A stretch of 36,811 nucleotides of DNA from assembly GCA_031425655.1 (NCBI GenBank), contig JANPJS010000084.1, positions 1 through 36,811 of the forward strand, read 5' to 3'. The translations under genes were made by a program, and so were the position numbers. Positions 18,301 to 26,275 of the stretch are shown here, in pieces. How positions within the stretch are numbered: position 1 is the first letter of the stretch; each line of letters opens with the position of its first letter. Source of the stretch: Abditibacteriaceae bacterium. Lineage in GTDB: Bacteria > Armatimonadota > Abditibacteriia > Abditibacteriales > Abditibacteriaceae. The notes beneath the pieces were generated by a model. It had not been told where the DNA came from. It made no database searches and saw only the letters and a list, made by a program, of their open reading frames with translations.

Positions 18301-18876
18301 CGCCAGCAGCTCAGTGACGGCGCGGGCGCGATGCAAAATTATTTGCGCGCCCACGACATTTTTAAATATCAGGCCAGAGACCGCTTCAGCGTGCGCGCTC
18401 AGTTGGGTTTGGCGGAAAGCTTTGTCCGTATCGGTGACCTTCAGCAGGCGATGGGCGATAATCAAAAAGCGTTGGACGCTTATCGGCAAAGCATCGCCGT
18501 CACCAGAGAAGTGGCGCAGGATAAAACCAACATTCAAGCGCGCAAATACCTGGTTGAAAGCTATGCGCGTTTGGCCTGGATCGCATTGCTCAACCGGCGC
18601 CCGCAGGAAACGATTTTCGCCGCGCGCGAAGCGTTGAAACTCGATCCGAGTCAAAACGAAATCAAGGTGAATTTAGCGCACGCTTATCTTTTTACAAATC
18701 AAGTGGAAAAGGCGATGGCCACCTATTTGAAAAACGAAGCTGTGAAAATCAACGCGCAGCAGACATTCGCCGATGTGGCTCTGGCCGACTTCAAGCAGTT
18801 CAAAAGTCGGGGCCTGATTCATCCGCGCATGGATGAAATCGCGCGCTTGATGGTCGAAGCGCGCAAGCTGTTGTAA
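15385..18876 (+). CDS. DUF4062/TIR-like + nSTAND1 NTPase + single TM + TPR repeat protein
   Basis: N-terminal 'KIFISSPGDVGQER...DIVICILWSRLGT...SGTEWEFEDA', then 'SPFRGL', Walker A 'GMSGSGKSS', Walker B 'LVIDQMEE', 'MRSDF', 'LPLLEF', 'AHETL'. TM 'IIAAFFLVVSGFGLM'. TPRs of the type 'RDL.VS.EKIGD...GD...AL..Y.KSL'. Confidence 0.9.
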   Translation: MALQTIKIFISSPGDVGQERLIATRVLERLQGEFAAYAVLQPILWEHEPLRATAHFQEQILPPSQTDIVICILWSRLGTRLPNEKFAREDGTAYASGTEWEFEDAVQSFLQRGTPDLMVYRKTSEAVTSLADEEALLGRLQQKKALDSFIERWFGSAQSTFRAAFHTFAAPDQFEEIIESHLRNLIRERLPQHLEEGGEKTPILWHKGSPFRGLEAFDVEHAPVFFGRTRAIGETKDALVARAANGCAFLLVFGMSGSGKSSLVRAGLLPTLTQPGVVEGIGLWRWAIFRPSDAAGDIFHGLAMSLLAAAAVPEMSADGLDVVELAAFCRESPQRVVGLIRTALKRAAVAEEAKEKLTAPPAARLALVIDQMEELFTQEQLSAEAREAFVGLLTALAQSDLVWIIGTMRSDFYPRCAEVPALSALKEQGAQYDLLPPSFTEIRQMISQPTRAAGLRFEVERSSGESLNDVLHEAASHDPEGLPLLEFTLDALYHERTEGGVLTFAAYQKLGGLEGALSQRAENVFLALAPPSQEVLPEVLRMLVTVEEEGNRVARRRVDIAALETTPERKNLVQAFIQARLFVVDRAEGTAVVGVAHETLLRHWPRLEQWLDEDREFLLQRERMASAATLWKNEGAAADFLLHEGKALAEAKDILARRRAELEPNLVQFIEASQHRVSALRRRKIVTASSIIAAFFLVVSGFGLMSYMQWQRAEKQKDLALAAINTWTRDIPDKLRDVPGTLPVLREIFEKNVGILDSILKLSPNTPTAMREKAMNFRHSGDTWRVLGATQSALESYEQSMAILTKIATQDNDFQVRRDLASCHQHIGDTRMEIGDLKGAEESYRKDLELTTAFAEERNDAGTRNDLSVSYEKIGDVLWQKGDKKKALQTYEKSLALRVELAKDKSNKEAQRNLFVSHEKLGTIYLALGDGKRALEEYQTSLALRVALAKANPKDMEFQRDLAVGYVQMGTMRQQLSDGAGAMQNYLRAHDIFKYQARDRFSVRAQLGLAESFVRIGDLQQAMGDNQKALDAYRQSIAVTREVAQDKTNIQARKYLVESYARLAWIALLNRRPQETIFAAREALKLDPSQNEIKVNLAHAYLFTNQVEKAMATYLKNEAVKINAQQTFADVALADFKQFKSRGLIHPRMDEIARLMVEARKLL

Positions 18877-18894
18877 CCGGCTATGCCGCTTCCA

Positions 18895-19040
18895 GCCCCC
18901 ACCTAATCCTGCCCGAAGGGCACCCGCCCGGAGGGGGAGGAATTACGCTTTTGAAGATACATAAAGCTTTCCAAAGCAAAGTTCCTCCCCCTCCGGGGAG
19001 GTTAGGTGGGGGCAACCGGGCGGGTAGCAAGTAGGCTGAT
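18895..19040. repeat. GC-rich palindromic REP/MITE-like element (degenerate copy)
   Basis: GCCCCCACCTAA (18895-18906) pairs with 19002-19013, and CCCGGAGGGGGAGGAA (18927-18942) pairs with 18982-18997. It shares TTACGCTTTT and a GGTAGCAA end with the 26084-26275 element. Confidence 0.75.
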
Positions 19041-19056
19041 TTTAAAGGAGTTCCCA

Positions 19057-19935
19057 ATGCGACGTTTCCTATTTTGTTTATGCGGTTTGCTGACGATCAC
19101 GGCGGCGCACGCCGACACCGCGCCGAACAAGCTGCGCGTTTACGCCGAAGGTATGACTCTTCCCGCCGAAGCGACGGCCAACACCGATTTGCTGACGACC
19201 GACGGCGCCGGAAAAGGCAATTACGACGTCGTCGTGCGCCGCGAAAATGGCCAGATATTCTTGCAGTCGAAAGATGGCAAGACGCTGCGCCAATTCGCCG
19301 ACAATGTCGAGGCCGCCGGTAAGGTGGCGCAGGCGCTCGAAGCGCAATGGCGCTGGAACTTTTTGCGCGATTTGCGCAACGACGACGCCAACGCGCCGCT
19401 GAAAGTGGATTTTCGCCTCGTGCCTTTGAACGTGCGCTTCGACATGAACGGCAAGGCGCAGGAAGTGCTGGGCGCTCGCAAAGATGTGGAAATGAACGGA
19501 GACCGCCCGGTTTTGCGCGAAGGCGACAATGTTCTGATGCAGCTTCGCAATCGCTCGGCAGCCGATGTTTATGTGACGGTTCTCGATTTGGGGCCGGACG
19601 GCAGCATCAGCCAGCTTTTCCCCGACCCGTCAGCGATTCCGCAATACAATATCGTGCCCGCCGACGGCAACTGGCATCCGGTTTTTCGCCCCTTTGAAGT
19701 CGGCCCGCCGTTCGGTCAGGAGATTTTTAAGGCCATCGCCACGCGCAGTTATGTGGATTTTCGTCCGGCTGAATCTTCGCGCGCCGCGACGGTTTCGCGC
19801 GGCGCACCGACGCTGACGCTGGGCAAACTGCTGATGACTTCCAGCACCTCGAAACGCGCGCCCGCGCCCGGCGAATTGCCGCCCGACGATTGGACGAGCG
19901 CCGAAGTGATCGCCGACGTAAAACCCAAAAAGTGA
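19057..19935 (+). CDS. Secreted DUF4384-like domain protein
   Basis: ATG at 19057 after AAGGAG. Signal peptide 'MRRFLFCLCGLLTITAAHA'. Motif 'LREGDNVLMQLRN...VYVTVLDLGPDGSISQLFP...GPPFGQEIFKAIAT'. Confidence 0.75.
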   Translation: MRRFLFCLCGLLTITAAHADTAPNKLRVYAEGMTLPAEATANTDLLTTDGAGKGNYDVVVRRENGQIFLQSKDGKTLRQFADNVEAAGKVAQALEAQWRWNFLRDLRNDDANAPLKVDFRLVPLNVRFDMNGKAQEVLGARKDVEMNGDRPVLREGDNVLMQLRNRSAADVYVTVLDLGPDGSISQLFPDPSAIPQYNIVPADGNWHPVFRPFEVGPPFGQEIFKAIATRSYVDFRPAESSRAATVSRGAPTLTLGKLLMTSSTSKRAPAPGELPPDDWTSAEVIADVKPKK

Positions 19936-19941
19936 GGCCGC

Positions 19942-22900
19942 ATGAAACCTCTCCGGGCGCTGATTCCCTGTCTCTTCCTGTTCCTGAGCGTGACCACGCC
20001 TGCATTGCCCGGTCATGCCAAAGATTACGTTGATCCCGGCGGCGCCTTTGCGCTTCGCATTCCCGATAATTGGCAGGCCCAACGGTCGGCTTTGGGCGAT
20101 AAAGGCTGGCTGACGCAATTCGGCGACGGCGATCCTCAAAGCGAAAGTTTTGGCGTGATGGCGTTTCAATCGGATGTCGAGCTTGGCCCGGAAATGCTGG
20201 TTCCGATGGGCCAGATTCTAATTGATAGCGTGCTGCAACTCTTGAGAGCGCAGGGCACTGTCAACGCGACTGAGCCGATCAAAACCAAATTCGGAGCGCA
20301 AGAGGCTTTGCGCTGTGAATTGACGATGCAGCAACCGGGCCGCAACGAAAAAGGCTATTTGCTGGCTTTATTGGGCCGAAAAAACGCGATTTTAGTGGCT
20401 GTTTCGGCGCCGCAAAACGATGATGCAGCGTTGCGGCGCGCTGGCGCAGTGCTGGCGACGTTGGCGATTGAAGCGCGCACTCCATCGGTGGCAAATGCCC
20501 CGGCTGGCAACGGCGCGGCGGCACCGGACGAAATCGCCAAAACCGGCAACGCCCAACTGGATGTGTTTTTGCGCGGCCTGCTTGACGATGAAAAAGAATT
20601 GATTGCCATGCAGCGCGCGTTTCTCTCGCGCAGCGCGACGGGCGCGGCCTTAGACGTCGCGGGAGCCAAAGCGGAATATCCCGCCCTCAACGCGCAGCGA
20701 CTGGCGGCGAAGCCCGGCTCCAAAGAGCGGGCGCTGGCGGCGCGCAAAGCTCTCGATGTGGCAACGATTGTGGCATGGGCCGCTTTCGACGCCAAAAACT
20801 ACGACGAGGCCTCGAACTGGTTTGGCCGGCGCGCCATGCTGCAAAAAGACAGCTACGAGGCGGCGCGCATCTATCAGGAAAATTTGCTGGCCAAACGCGA
20901 GGCCGAAATGCAGGAATGGCGCGCCCAAATCGCCGCCACCGACGAGGCCGCGCCGAAAAAGGCTCTGCGCGGCGTGCTGAATGTGTTGGCGTTGTTGCAA
21001 AGTGAGCGCATCGCGGTTTTGCAAACCTTCGCGCGCGGCAGCAACGACGCGGCGAAACTGCTGGAATACGGTAATACGGAACTCAAAATGCGCCGCGCGG
21101 CTCTGCAAATGGCGCAGCAGGACGGCGAAACGCCCGCGCAACTCAACGCCAAGAAAGTTCTTCTTGCCGATGCGTTGGAGCACGTCGCCGAAGCGCAGGA
21201 AATCGCCGCGCGCTTTCCCGAAGCTGAAAAGACCTTTCTCGAAGCCTTAGACGTGCGCCGCGCTTTGCCCGCCGATTTCGCGGATCGCAAAATATATTCG
21301 TCTCTCAGCGCCTTGGGCGACCTTCACACCTACACCGGCGACTTTGCCCGGTCGCGCGATTATTATCAGCAGGCTTTAGATGCTGTCGAAGCCGCCGAAC
21401 CACTGCGTAAGCAGGTGCGCGATAAGGAAAAGAAGCCCGAAACCAAAGCGCGCCTTTTTACCCAGGATGTGGGCACTCACGCCGCCGCTTTGCTGTTGCT
21501 GGGTAACGTGATGTCAAGCCTGGATCAGCATCCACAGGCTTTGGCACTTTATGAGCGCGCGCTGAAACTGGCCGACTCACTGCCGCAGGAAGGCGCAATG
21601 GGTGAAGTCCGCAGCACCATTCGCTTGAAAATATTGATTTCCACAGCCGCGACCCACGCCGATTCGGGCGAAACCGATCTGGCGATCAAAGAAATCACGG
21701 CCATCGGCAAATTGTGGCGTGATTTAGGCGACGATGAAAGCATCGTTTCCTCGCTGATGAGCGGGTTAGTAATTTACGCCGTGCTTTACGAAAAAGGTGA
21801 GTTGCAGAAAGAGCAAATGACGGCGGCGAAACCGTATGCCGAGCAAGCGCGGCGCATTTTTCTGTCCACGCAAAACCCGCGCGGACTGGCGGGAACGACC
21901 GTCAATCTCGCCAAACTGGACAACGAAATCGGCGACCTCGACAGCGCGGCGCGCTACGGCGAAGAAGGTCTGAACTTAGCACGCAAAATGGGCGATGCCT
22001 CGCAAATCGCGGACGCAGCCGGCACCTTAGCCAAAACCCGCCTGAAACAAAGCCGGCCCGACGAAGCGATGAAGCTGCTCGACGAAGCCCAAAGCGCCGC
22101 CGAGCGCGTCGGCTCGCTCCTGACAAAAGCCGCGCTCTGCGATTTGCGCGGCCAGATTTTAGAAGCTAAAAACGATCTTCCCGGCGCGTTGACACAATTC
22201 AAACAGGCGGTCGCGCTTCTCGAAAGCGTGCGCGCGGGCGCCGCCTCGGAAAGCAACTTTTCCAACCTGAAAAGCCGCTCGCAAACTTACGAACGCACGG
22301 TGCGCCTGCTGATCAAATTGAACCGTCCCGATGAGGCTTTCGATTACCTGAGTCGCGCCAAATCCAAACAATTGCAAGATAATTTGCGCCTTGCCAACAT
22401 CAAAACGCCCGATCCGGCGCTGCAAGCGTTGTTAGCGCGATTCAACGGTCTGGAAACCAAACTGCGCTCGGTTTCCACGCAATTGGAAAACGAGCAGGCC
22501 AAACCGGAAGCCGAACGCGACGCCGCTAAAATCGAAAATCTAAAAGTGGTGGTAGCCACGACGCAAGGTGAATATCGCCGCGTTTTCGAGCAAATCAAAG
22601 CAACTCATCCCAACTGGGAATCGAATCTTACCATCAAGCCCAAAGAACTCAGAGAAACACAGCGCAGCATTCCGCCCGGCGTGGTTTTGGTGCAATATGC
22701 GCCGCTCGGCGAGCAGCTTTACGTTTTCGTCGTGACCAAAGACAGCCTCAAAATCGTCACGCCTGCGGCCAAACCGGACGCCATCTGGCAGCACATTAAA
22801 GCGGTGCGCCAATTGATTATTAATCAGGGCAACGAGGCCGGGCGCGGCGCCGTTTTGCGAACCGAAGCCAGCCAAACCAATATCGGCGGCGCCACCAGTT

Positions 22901-23736
22901 TGAACGACCATCTCACGGCGCTTTACGACATGGTGATTACGCCCATCGAAGCCGACATCGCCGGAGCGAAAACCGTCGCTTTCATTCCCAACCAGAGCCT
23001 TTATTATTTGCCGTTTCACGCCTTAGCCAAAAAACAGGGCGATGGCGTGCGTTATTTAATCGAGGACAAAGAAATCGTTTATCTCACCGGCGCGGATGTA
23101 ATGCGCTTCGTGCAAGCGCCGGACGCCGGCAAACTGCGCGGAGGCTTGGTCGCGTTTGGCAACCCGACCGGCGCCAATTTGCCGGCGTCGCTGGAAGAAG
23201 TGAAAACCATCGCCGCGATTTATCCCGAAACCAAAGTGCTGACCGGCGCCGATGCCACCAAAAGCGCGATGATGACGCCCGGCGCGCTCGATAAACGGGT
23301 CGTGCATTTCGCCACACACGGCGTTCTCAATTCCAGCGTGCCGGCGCAAAGCTATATTCAGATGGCCAAAGGCGGCGCGCCCGGCACCGAGCAACTGACG
23401 GTCAACGAAGTGTGGGATTTGCCGCTCGGCAAAGTGGATTTAGTGACGCTTTCGGCCTGCGAAACCGCGCTTTCGCTGAATAATCCCAACGGCGGCGACA
23501 TCACGACGTTGGCCGAAGCCTTTTCAACGGCGGGCGCCACGACGGTGGTTTGCAGCCTGTGGAGCGTGGCCGACGAAAGCACCAAAGACTGGATGGTCGA
23601 GTTCTACACGCAACTCAAAGCCGGAGCCACTAAAGCGGCGGCGTTACGCGGCGCACAATTGAAAGTGATGAAAAATCCAAAATATGCTCATCCCTTCCAC
23701 TGGGCGCCTTTCATTCTCATGGGCGATTGGCGCTGA
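19942..23736 (+). CDS. Secreted TPR-CHAT protease with N-terminal PsbP-like domain
   Basis: Signal peptide 'MKPLRALIPCLFLFLSVTTPALPGHA', then 'YVDPGGAFALRIPDNW' and multiple TPRs. CHAT motifs 'LYYLPFHAL', His in 'VHFATHG', Cys in 'LVTLSACET', 'SLWSVAD', 'HPFHWAPFILMGDWR'. Confidence 0.92.
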   Translation: MKPLRALIPCLFLFLSVTTPALPGHAKDYVDPGGAFALRIPDNWQAQRSALGDKGWLTQFGDGDPQSESFGVMAFQSDVELGPEMLVPMGQILIDSVLQLLRAQGTVNATEPIKTKFGAQEALRCELTMQQPGRNEKGYLLALLGRKNAILVAVSAPQNDDAALRRAGAVLATLAIEARTPSVANAPAGNGAAAPDEIAKTGNAQLDVFLRGLLDDEKELIAMQRAFLSRSATGAALDVAGAKAEYPALNAQRLAAKPGSKERALAARKALDVATIVAWAAFDAKNYDEASNWFGRRAMLQKDSYEAARIYQENLLAKREAEMQEWRAQIAATDEAAPKKALRGVLNVLALLQSERIAVLQTFARGSNDAAKLLEYGNTELKMRRAALQMAQQDGETPAQLNAKKVLLADALEHVAEAQEIAARFPEAEKTFLEALDVRRALPADFADRKIYSSLSALGDLHTYTGDFARSRDYYQQALDAVEAAEPLRKQVRDKEKKPETKARLFTQDVGTHAAALLLLGNVMSSLDQHPQALALYERALKLADSLPQEGAMGEVRSTIRLKILISTAATHADSGETDLAIKEITAIGKLWRDLGDDESIVSSLMSGLVIYAVLYEKGELQKEQMTAAKPYAEQARRIFLSTQNPRGLAGTTVNLAKLDNEIGDLDSAARYGEEGLNLARKMGDASQIADAAGTLAKTRLKQSRPDEAMKLLDEAQSAAERVGSLLTKAALCDLRGQILEAKNDLPGALTQFKQAVALLESVRAGAASESNFSNLKSRSQTYERTVRLLIKLNRPDEAFDYLSRAKSKQLQDNLRLANIKTPDPALQALLARFNGLETKLRSVSTQLENEQAKPEAERDAAKIENLKVVVATTQGEYRRVFEQIKATHPNWESNLTIKPKELRETQRSIPPGVVLVQYAPLGEQLYVFVVTKDSLKIVTPAAKPDAIWQHIKAVRQLIINQGNEAGRGAVLRTEASQTNIGGATSLNDHLTALYDMVITPIEADIAGAKTVAFIPNQSLYYLPFHALAKKQGDGVRYLIEDKEIVYLTGADVMRFVQAPDAGKLRGGLVAFGNPTGANLPASLEEVKTIAAIYPETKVLTGADATKSAMMTPGALDKRVVHFATHGVLNSSVPAQSYIQMAKGGAPGTEQLTVNEVWDLPLGKVDLVTLSACETALSLNNPNGGDITTLAEAFSTAGATTVVCSLWSVADESTKDWMVEFYTQLKAGATKAAALRGAQLKVMKNPKYAHPFHWAPFILMGDWR

Positions 23737-23832
23737 TTTCAAGAAAACGACCAAGCTATATCGCCGGAAGCGCAGCGAGGAAAGAGCGAAATTTAGGCGG
23801 TCGGGTGCAGTGATATATGAATTTTTTGCCGA

Positions 23833-24420
23833 TTAGAAAAACTGCCGCGCTTGTTTTTTCTGACCTTCCGCAAGGCGTTTCTCTGCTTGGCGCTTGTATT
23901 TACCTTCGGGCATTGAAGCGGCGAGTTTGTGAGCCGCTTCAATATCTTCTGACGCTAATATCAGGACAACTTGACGAAGAATGTAATCAGCCTTCCAATG
24001 CCCAGTGCAAGATTTGACCAATGCGCCAAGAATAGATTTATGCCCCTGCGTTGGAAAAAATGCCTCCCATAACAAGAACAAAGCATCGCAGCGACTAACT
24101 TGGTTTTCGATTTTTGTGGACAGTGTCAAAATGTCAGGAAGTGACTGAATGGCCTTTTGCTCTTGGTTTCTCTCGATTAAAGCGCGCAACGGCCATGCCG
24201 TTGCTGCCACTTGCTTGTAAGAATCAGTTGCCGTGAGTGCAGCCGAAATAGCTTCTTCCGCTATTTTTACAACGTGTTCGTCGGGCGCATAGCGGGCCGC
24301 TCCGGCTAAAGCTTGGCAGCGAAACCATGACTGCGACACATTACGCGCCAATACCAATGCCTTTTTGAAATCCGTTTTTGCAGCACGGATGGCTATATCA
24401 CGGTCGGTAGTCGCACTCAT
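23833..24420 (-). CDS. Hypothetical protein, probably alpha-helical repeat
   Basis: 195-aa ORF with amphipathic helical pattern ('ALVLARNV...WFRCQAL', 'RCDALFLLW'). Visibly more AT-rich than its neighbours. Confidence 0.7.
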   Translation of the reverse strand: MSATTDRDIAIRAAKTDFKKALVLARNVSQSWFRCQALAGAARYAPDEHVVKIAEEAISAALTATDSYKQVAATAWPLRALIERNQEQKAIQSLPDILTLSTKIENQVSRCDALFLLWEAFFPTQGHKSILGALVKSCTGHWKADYILRQVVLILASEDIEAAHKLAASMPEGKYKRQAEKRLAEGQKKQARQFF

Positions 24421-24447
24421 AGCCTGTATTTTACAAGGCTTGGCAGC

Positions 24448-25533
24448 CTACACGATTATCGGGTGCCATTGCGCGATTTTATCCTGCACAGCGGCGTGCG
24501 AGGCGCGCAAAAGCGAGATTTCATCGTCGGTGTAGCCGTCGAGCGGCAAAATTTGCTCGACTTTGCCGGCCAAAACCATTCGCGCGCCGAACGGCCCGCT
24601 TAAGCCGTTTTCGCCGTCGTGCTGAAATTGCGCGGCGATTTCGACCGAATGACCTTGCAAAATCCATTCGACTAAATCTACGGCGGCGTGCGCTGTCGCA
24701 ACGACGGTTTTGGCTTCGGTGTAATGCGTGGTCAGCGGTTTCAAAACCACGCGCAAATCCGGCGGCAGCGTGGCGATGTGTTCGTAAGCGCGGGCCGGGC
24801 CGTCGTGCGGGTCGTCGTGCAGCAACGAGACCAGATGTTTCAATTCGCGCGCCACGGCGCCGGGAAATTCGGCGGCGGGCAGAGGCTTGATTTTATCGCG
24901 TAGTGCGGCCTGCCATTCGTCGGCGCTCAGGCCCGACACGCGCACGCTGCTCCACAAAGGCACCAATCCGGCGCCGTGTTCTCCGACGACGTAGCCTTGC
25001 ACTCTCTGGCGGCGAATCCCTAAATCCTGCGCGATTTCGGCGCGGAAACGCAGCGAATCCGAGTGTGCGCCCATGCCGATTACATAATCGCGCGGCAAGG
25101 CCTGCGAAAACACGCTCACGCCCAGTTCGACCGGGTTGGTAACGATAATCACGACCGGCGGCACAGCGCGTTTTTGCGCGGCTAAAGCGGCTGCGAATCG
25201 CTCGAAGATCGGCAGATTTCCGGCTGCGAGTTCGTCGCGCGAGGCATGAACTACGCTTTCCGGCGAGGTGGCGAAAGTGCGCCCCGCCGTCATCACCACG
25301 ATGTCGCCGCTCATCGCTTCCAGATCGTTGACGACTTCGATTTGCGGTGCGACTTCGGAATAAGCGTCCAGCAAATCGGCGCGAAAGCCCTGTAATAAGT
25401 GCGGATGCGCGCTGTGCGGGTCGCCGCCGATGAGTTGCAGCGTTTCGCGGCCTTCCAGCACGCGGTCGCGTAGCAGTTTAATCACGATTTCGCGTCCGAC
25501 TCCGCCCGATGCGCCGATAATGGAAATGTTCAT
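24448..25533 (-). CDS. Lactate/malate dehydrogenase family protein (atypical)
   Basis: Motifs 'ISIIGASGGVG', 'DIVVMTAG', 'SRDEL...NL.IF', 'IVTNPVE', 'DSLRFR' and catalytic His in 'VVGEHG'. Confidence 0.88.
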   Translation of the reverse strand: MNISIIGASGGVGREIVIKLLRDRVLEGRETLQLIGGDPHSAHPHLLQGFRADLLDAYSEVAPQIEVVNDLEAMSGDIVVMTAGRTFATSPESVVHASRDELAAGNLPIFERFAAALAAQKRAVPPVVIIVTNPVELGVSVFSQALPRDYVIGMGAHSDSLRFRAEIAQDLGIRRQRVQGYVVGEHGAGLVPLWSSVRVSGLSADEWQAALRDKIKPLPAAEFPGAVARELKHLVSLLHDDPHDGPARAYEHIATLPPDLRVVLKPLTTHYTEAKTVVATAHAAVDLVEWILQGHSVEIAAQFQHDGENGLSGPFGARMVLAGKVEQILPLDGYTDDEISLLRASHAAVQDKIAQWHPIIV

Positions 25534-26024
25534 GGATTATCTTCCGGCAAAGGATGCAGCAGCGACAGCATGAAAAGCACAAACGAAAGGCCCGCCGCCG
25601 GAGTTCGGAGATAGCTGAGAGCGTTCCAGCGGTCGCGCAGCGTCTGCCAGTCCGCCGGTGGCGACTGCACATTCCAACTTAATATCTGGTTATTAATCGG
25701 CACGTTGAGAATGATAGTGACGGCAAAAACGCCGACTACGAAAACCAGCCAACCCCAGAAAGTTAATTTCCACGTCATGCTGCGAGGCGCGTGGCGCAGG
25801 CGAAACAGCGCATAAAGTGGTGCCATCATGCCGGCAACCACGACAAGGGGCACCAGCGGCGGGTTGTCGGCGCCGTGAATCAGGTTTAGCATATTGCGCG
25901 CATATTCTGAGGCGGATAACGGCTCCAACATCCGCTGAATGACAACCAAAAACGTGAACATCAAGCCGAAAAACAAGCCTGCGGCGAATGCGGAAATCAC
26001 TTGAGCGGTGCGAATGCCTTTCAT
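25530..26024 (-). CDS. DUF1772 (anthrone oxygenase-like) membrane protein
   Basis: Four hydrophobic helices, 'AGLFFG', and 'NVPINNQI..W....PPADW...RDRW...SYLRT'. ATGA overlap with the dehydrogenase gene. Confidence 0.85.
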   Translation of the reverse strand: MKGIRTAQVISAFAAGLFFGLMFTFLVVIQRMLEPLSASEYARNMLNLIHGADNPPLVPLVVVAGMMAPLYALFRLRHAPRSMTWKLTFWGWLVFVVGVFAVTIILNVPINNQILSWNVQSPPADWQTLRDRWNALSYLRTPAAGLSFVLFMLSLLHPLPEDNP

Positions 26025-26083
26025 GGGCCTCTCTGTAAAACCGTTCGAGTTTCGTTGAATTGATGGCGCGCTGCAAAATGATA

Positions 26084-26275
26084 ATTAGCCCAAGTTGCTA
26101 CCCATCACTTTTGAAGTAGTGGAGTCGCATTCAGCCCCCATCCAACTTCCCCCGGTGGGGGAAGAGTTACGCTTTTCACGGGCAAAATTCCTTGAGAAGC
26201 CCAGCTCTTCCCCCACCGGGGGAAGTTGGATGGGGGCATGAGCGACGCAGTCAATAGGTAGCAACGTGGGTTAAT
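26084..26275. repeat. MITE/REP-like element with nested inverted repeats
   Basis: Perfect 33-bp inverted repeat 26134-26166 / 26205-26237 inside 19-bp terminal inverted repeats 26084-26102 / 26257-26275 (17/19 match). Confidence 0.88.

Noticed and set aside
19006..19056. Upstream GTG start for the DUF4384 gene
   Set aside because: It lies within the palindromic repeat. The ATG at 19057 has AAGGAG and begins the signal peptide.
19942..23736. CRISPR-associated TPR-CHAT (Csx29/Craspase)
   Set aside because: It has a signal peptide, and there is no Cas7-11 or array in the window.
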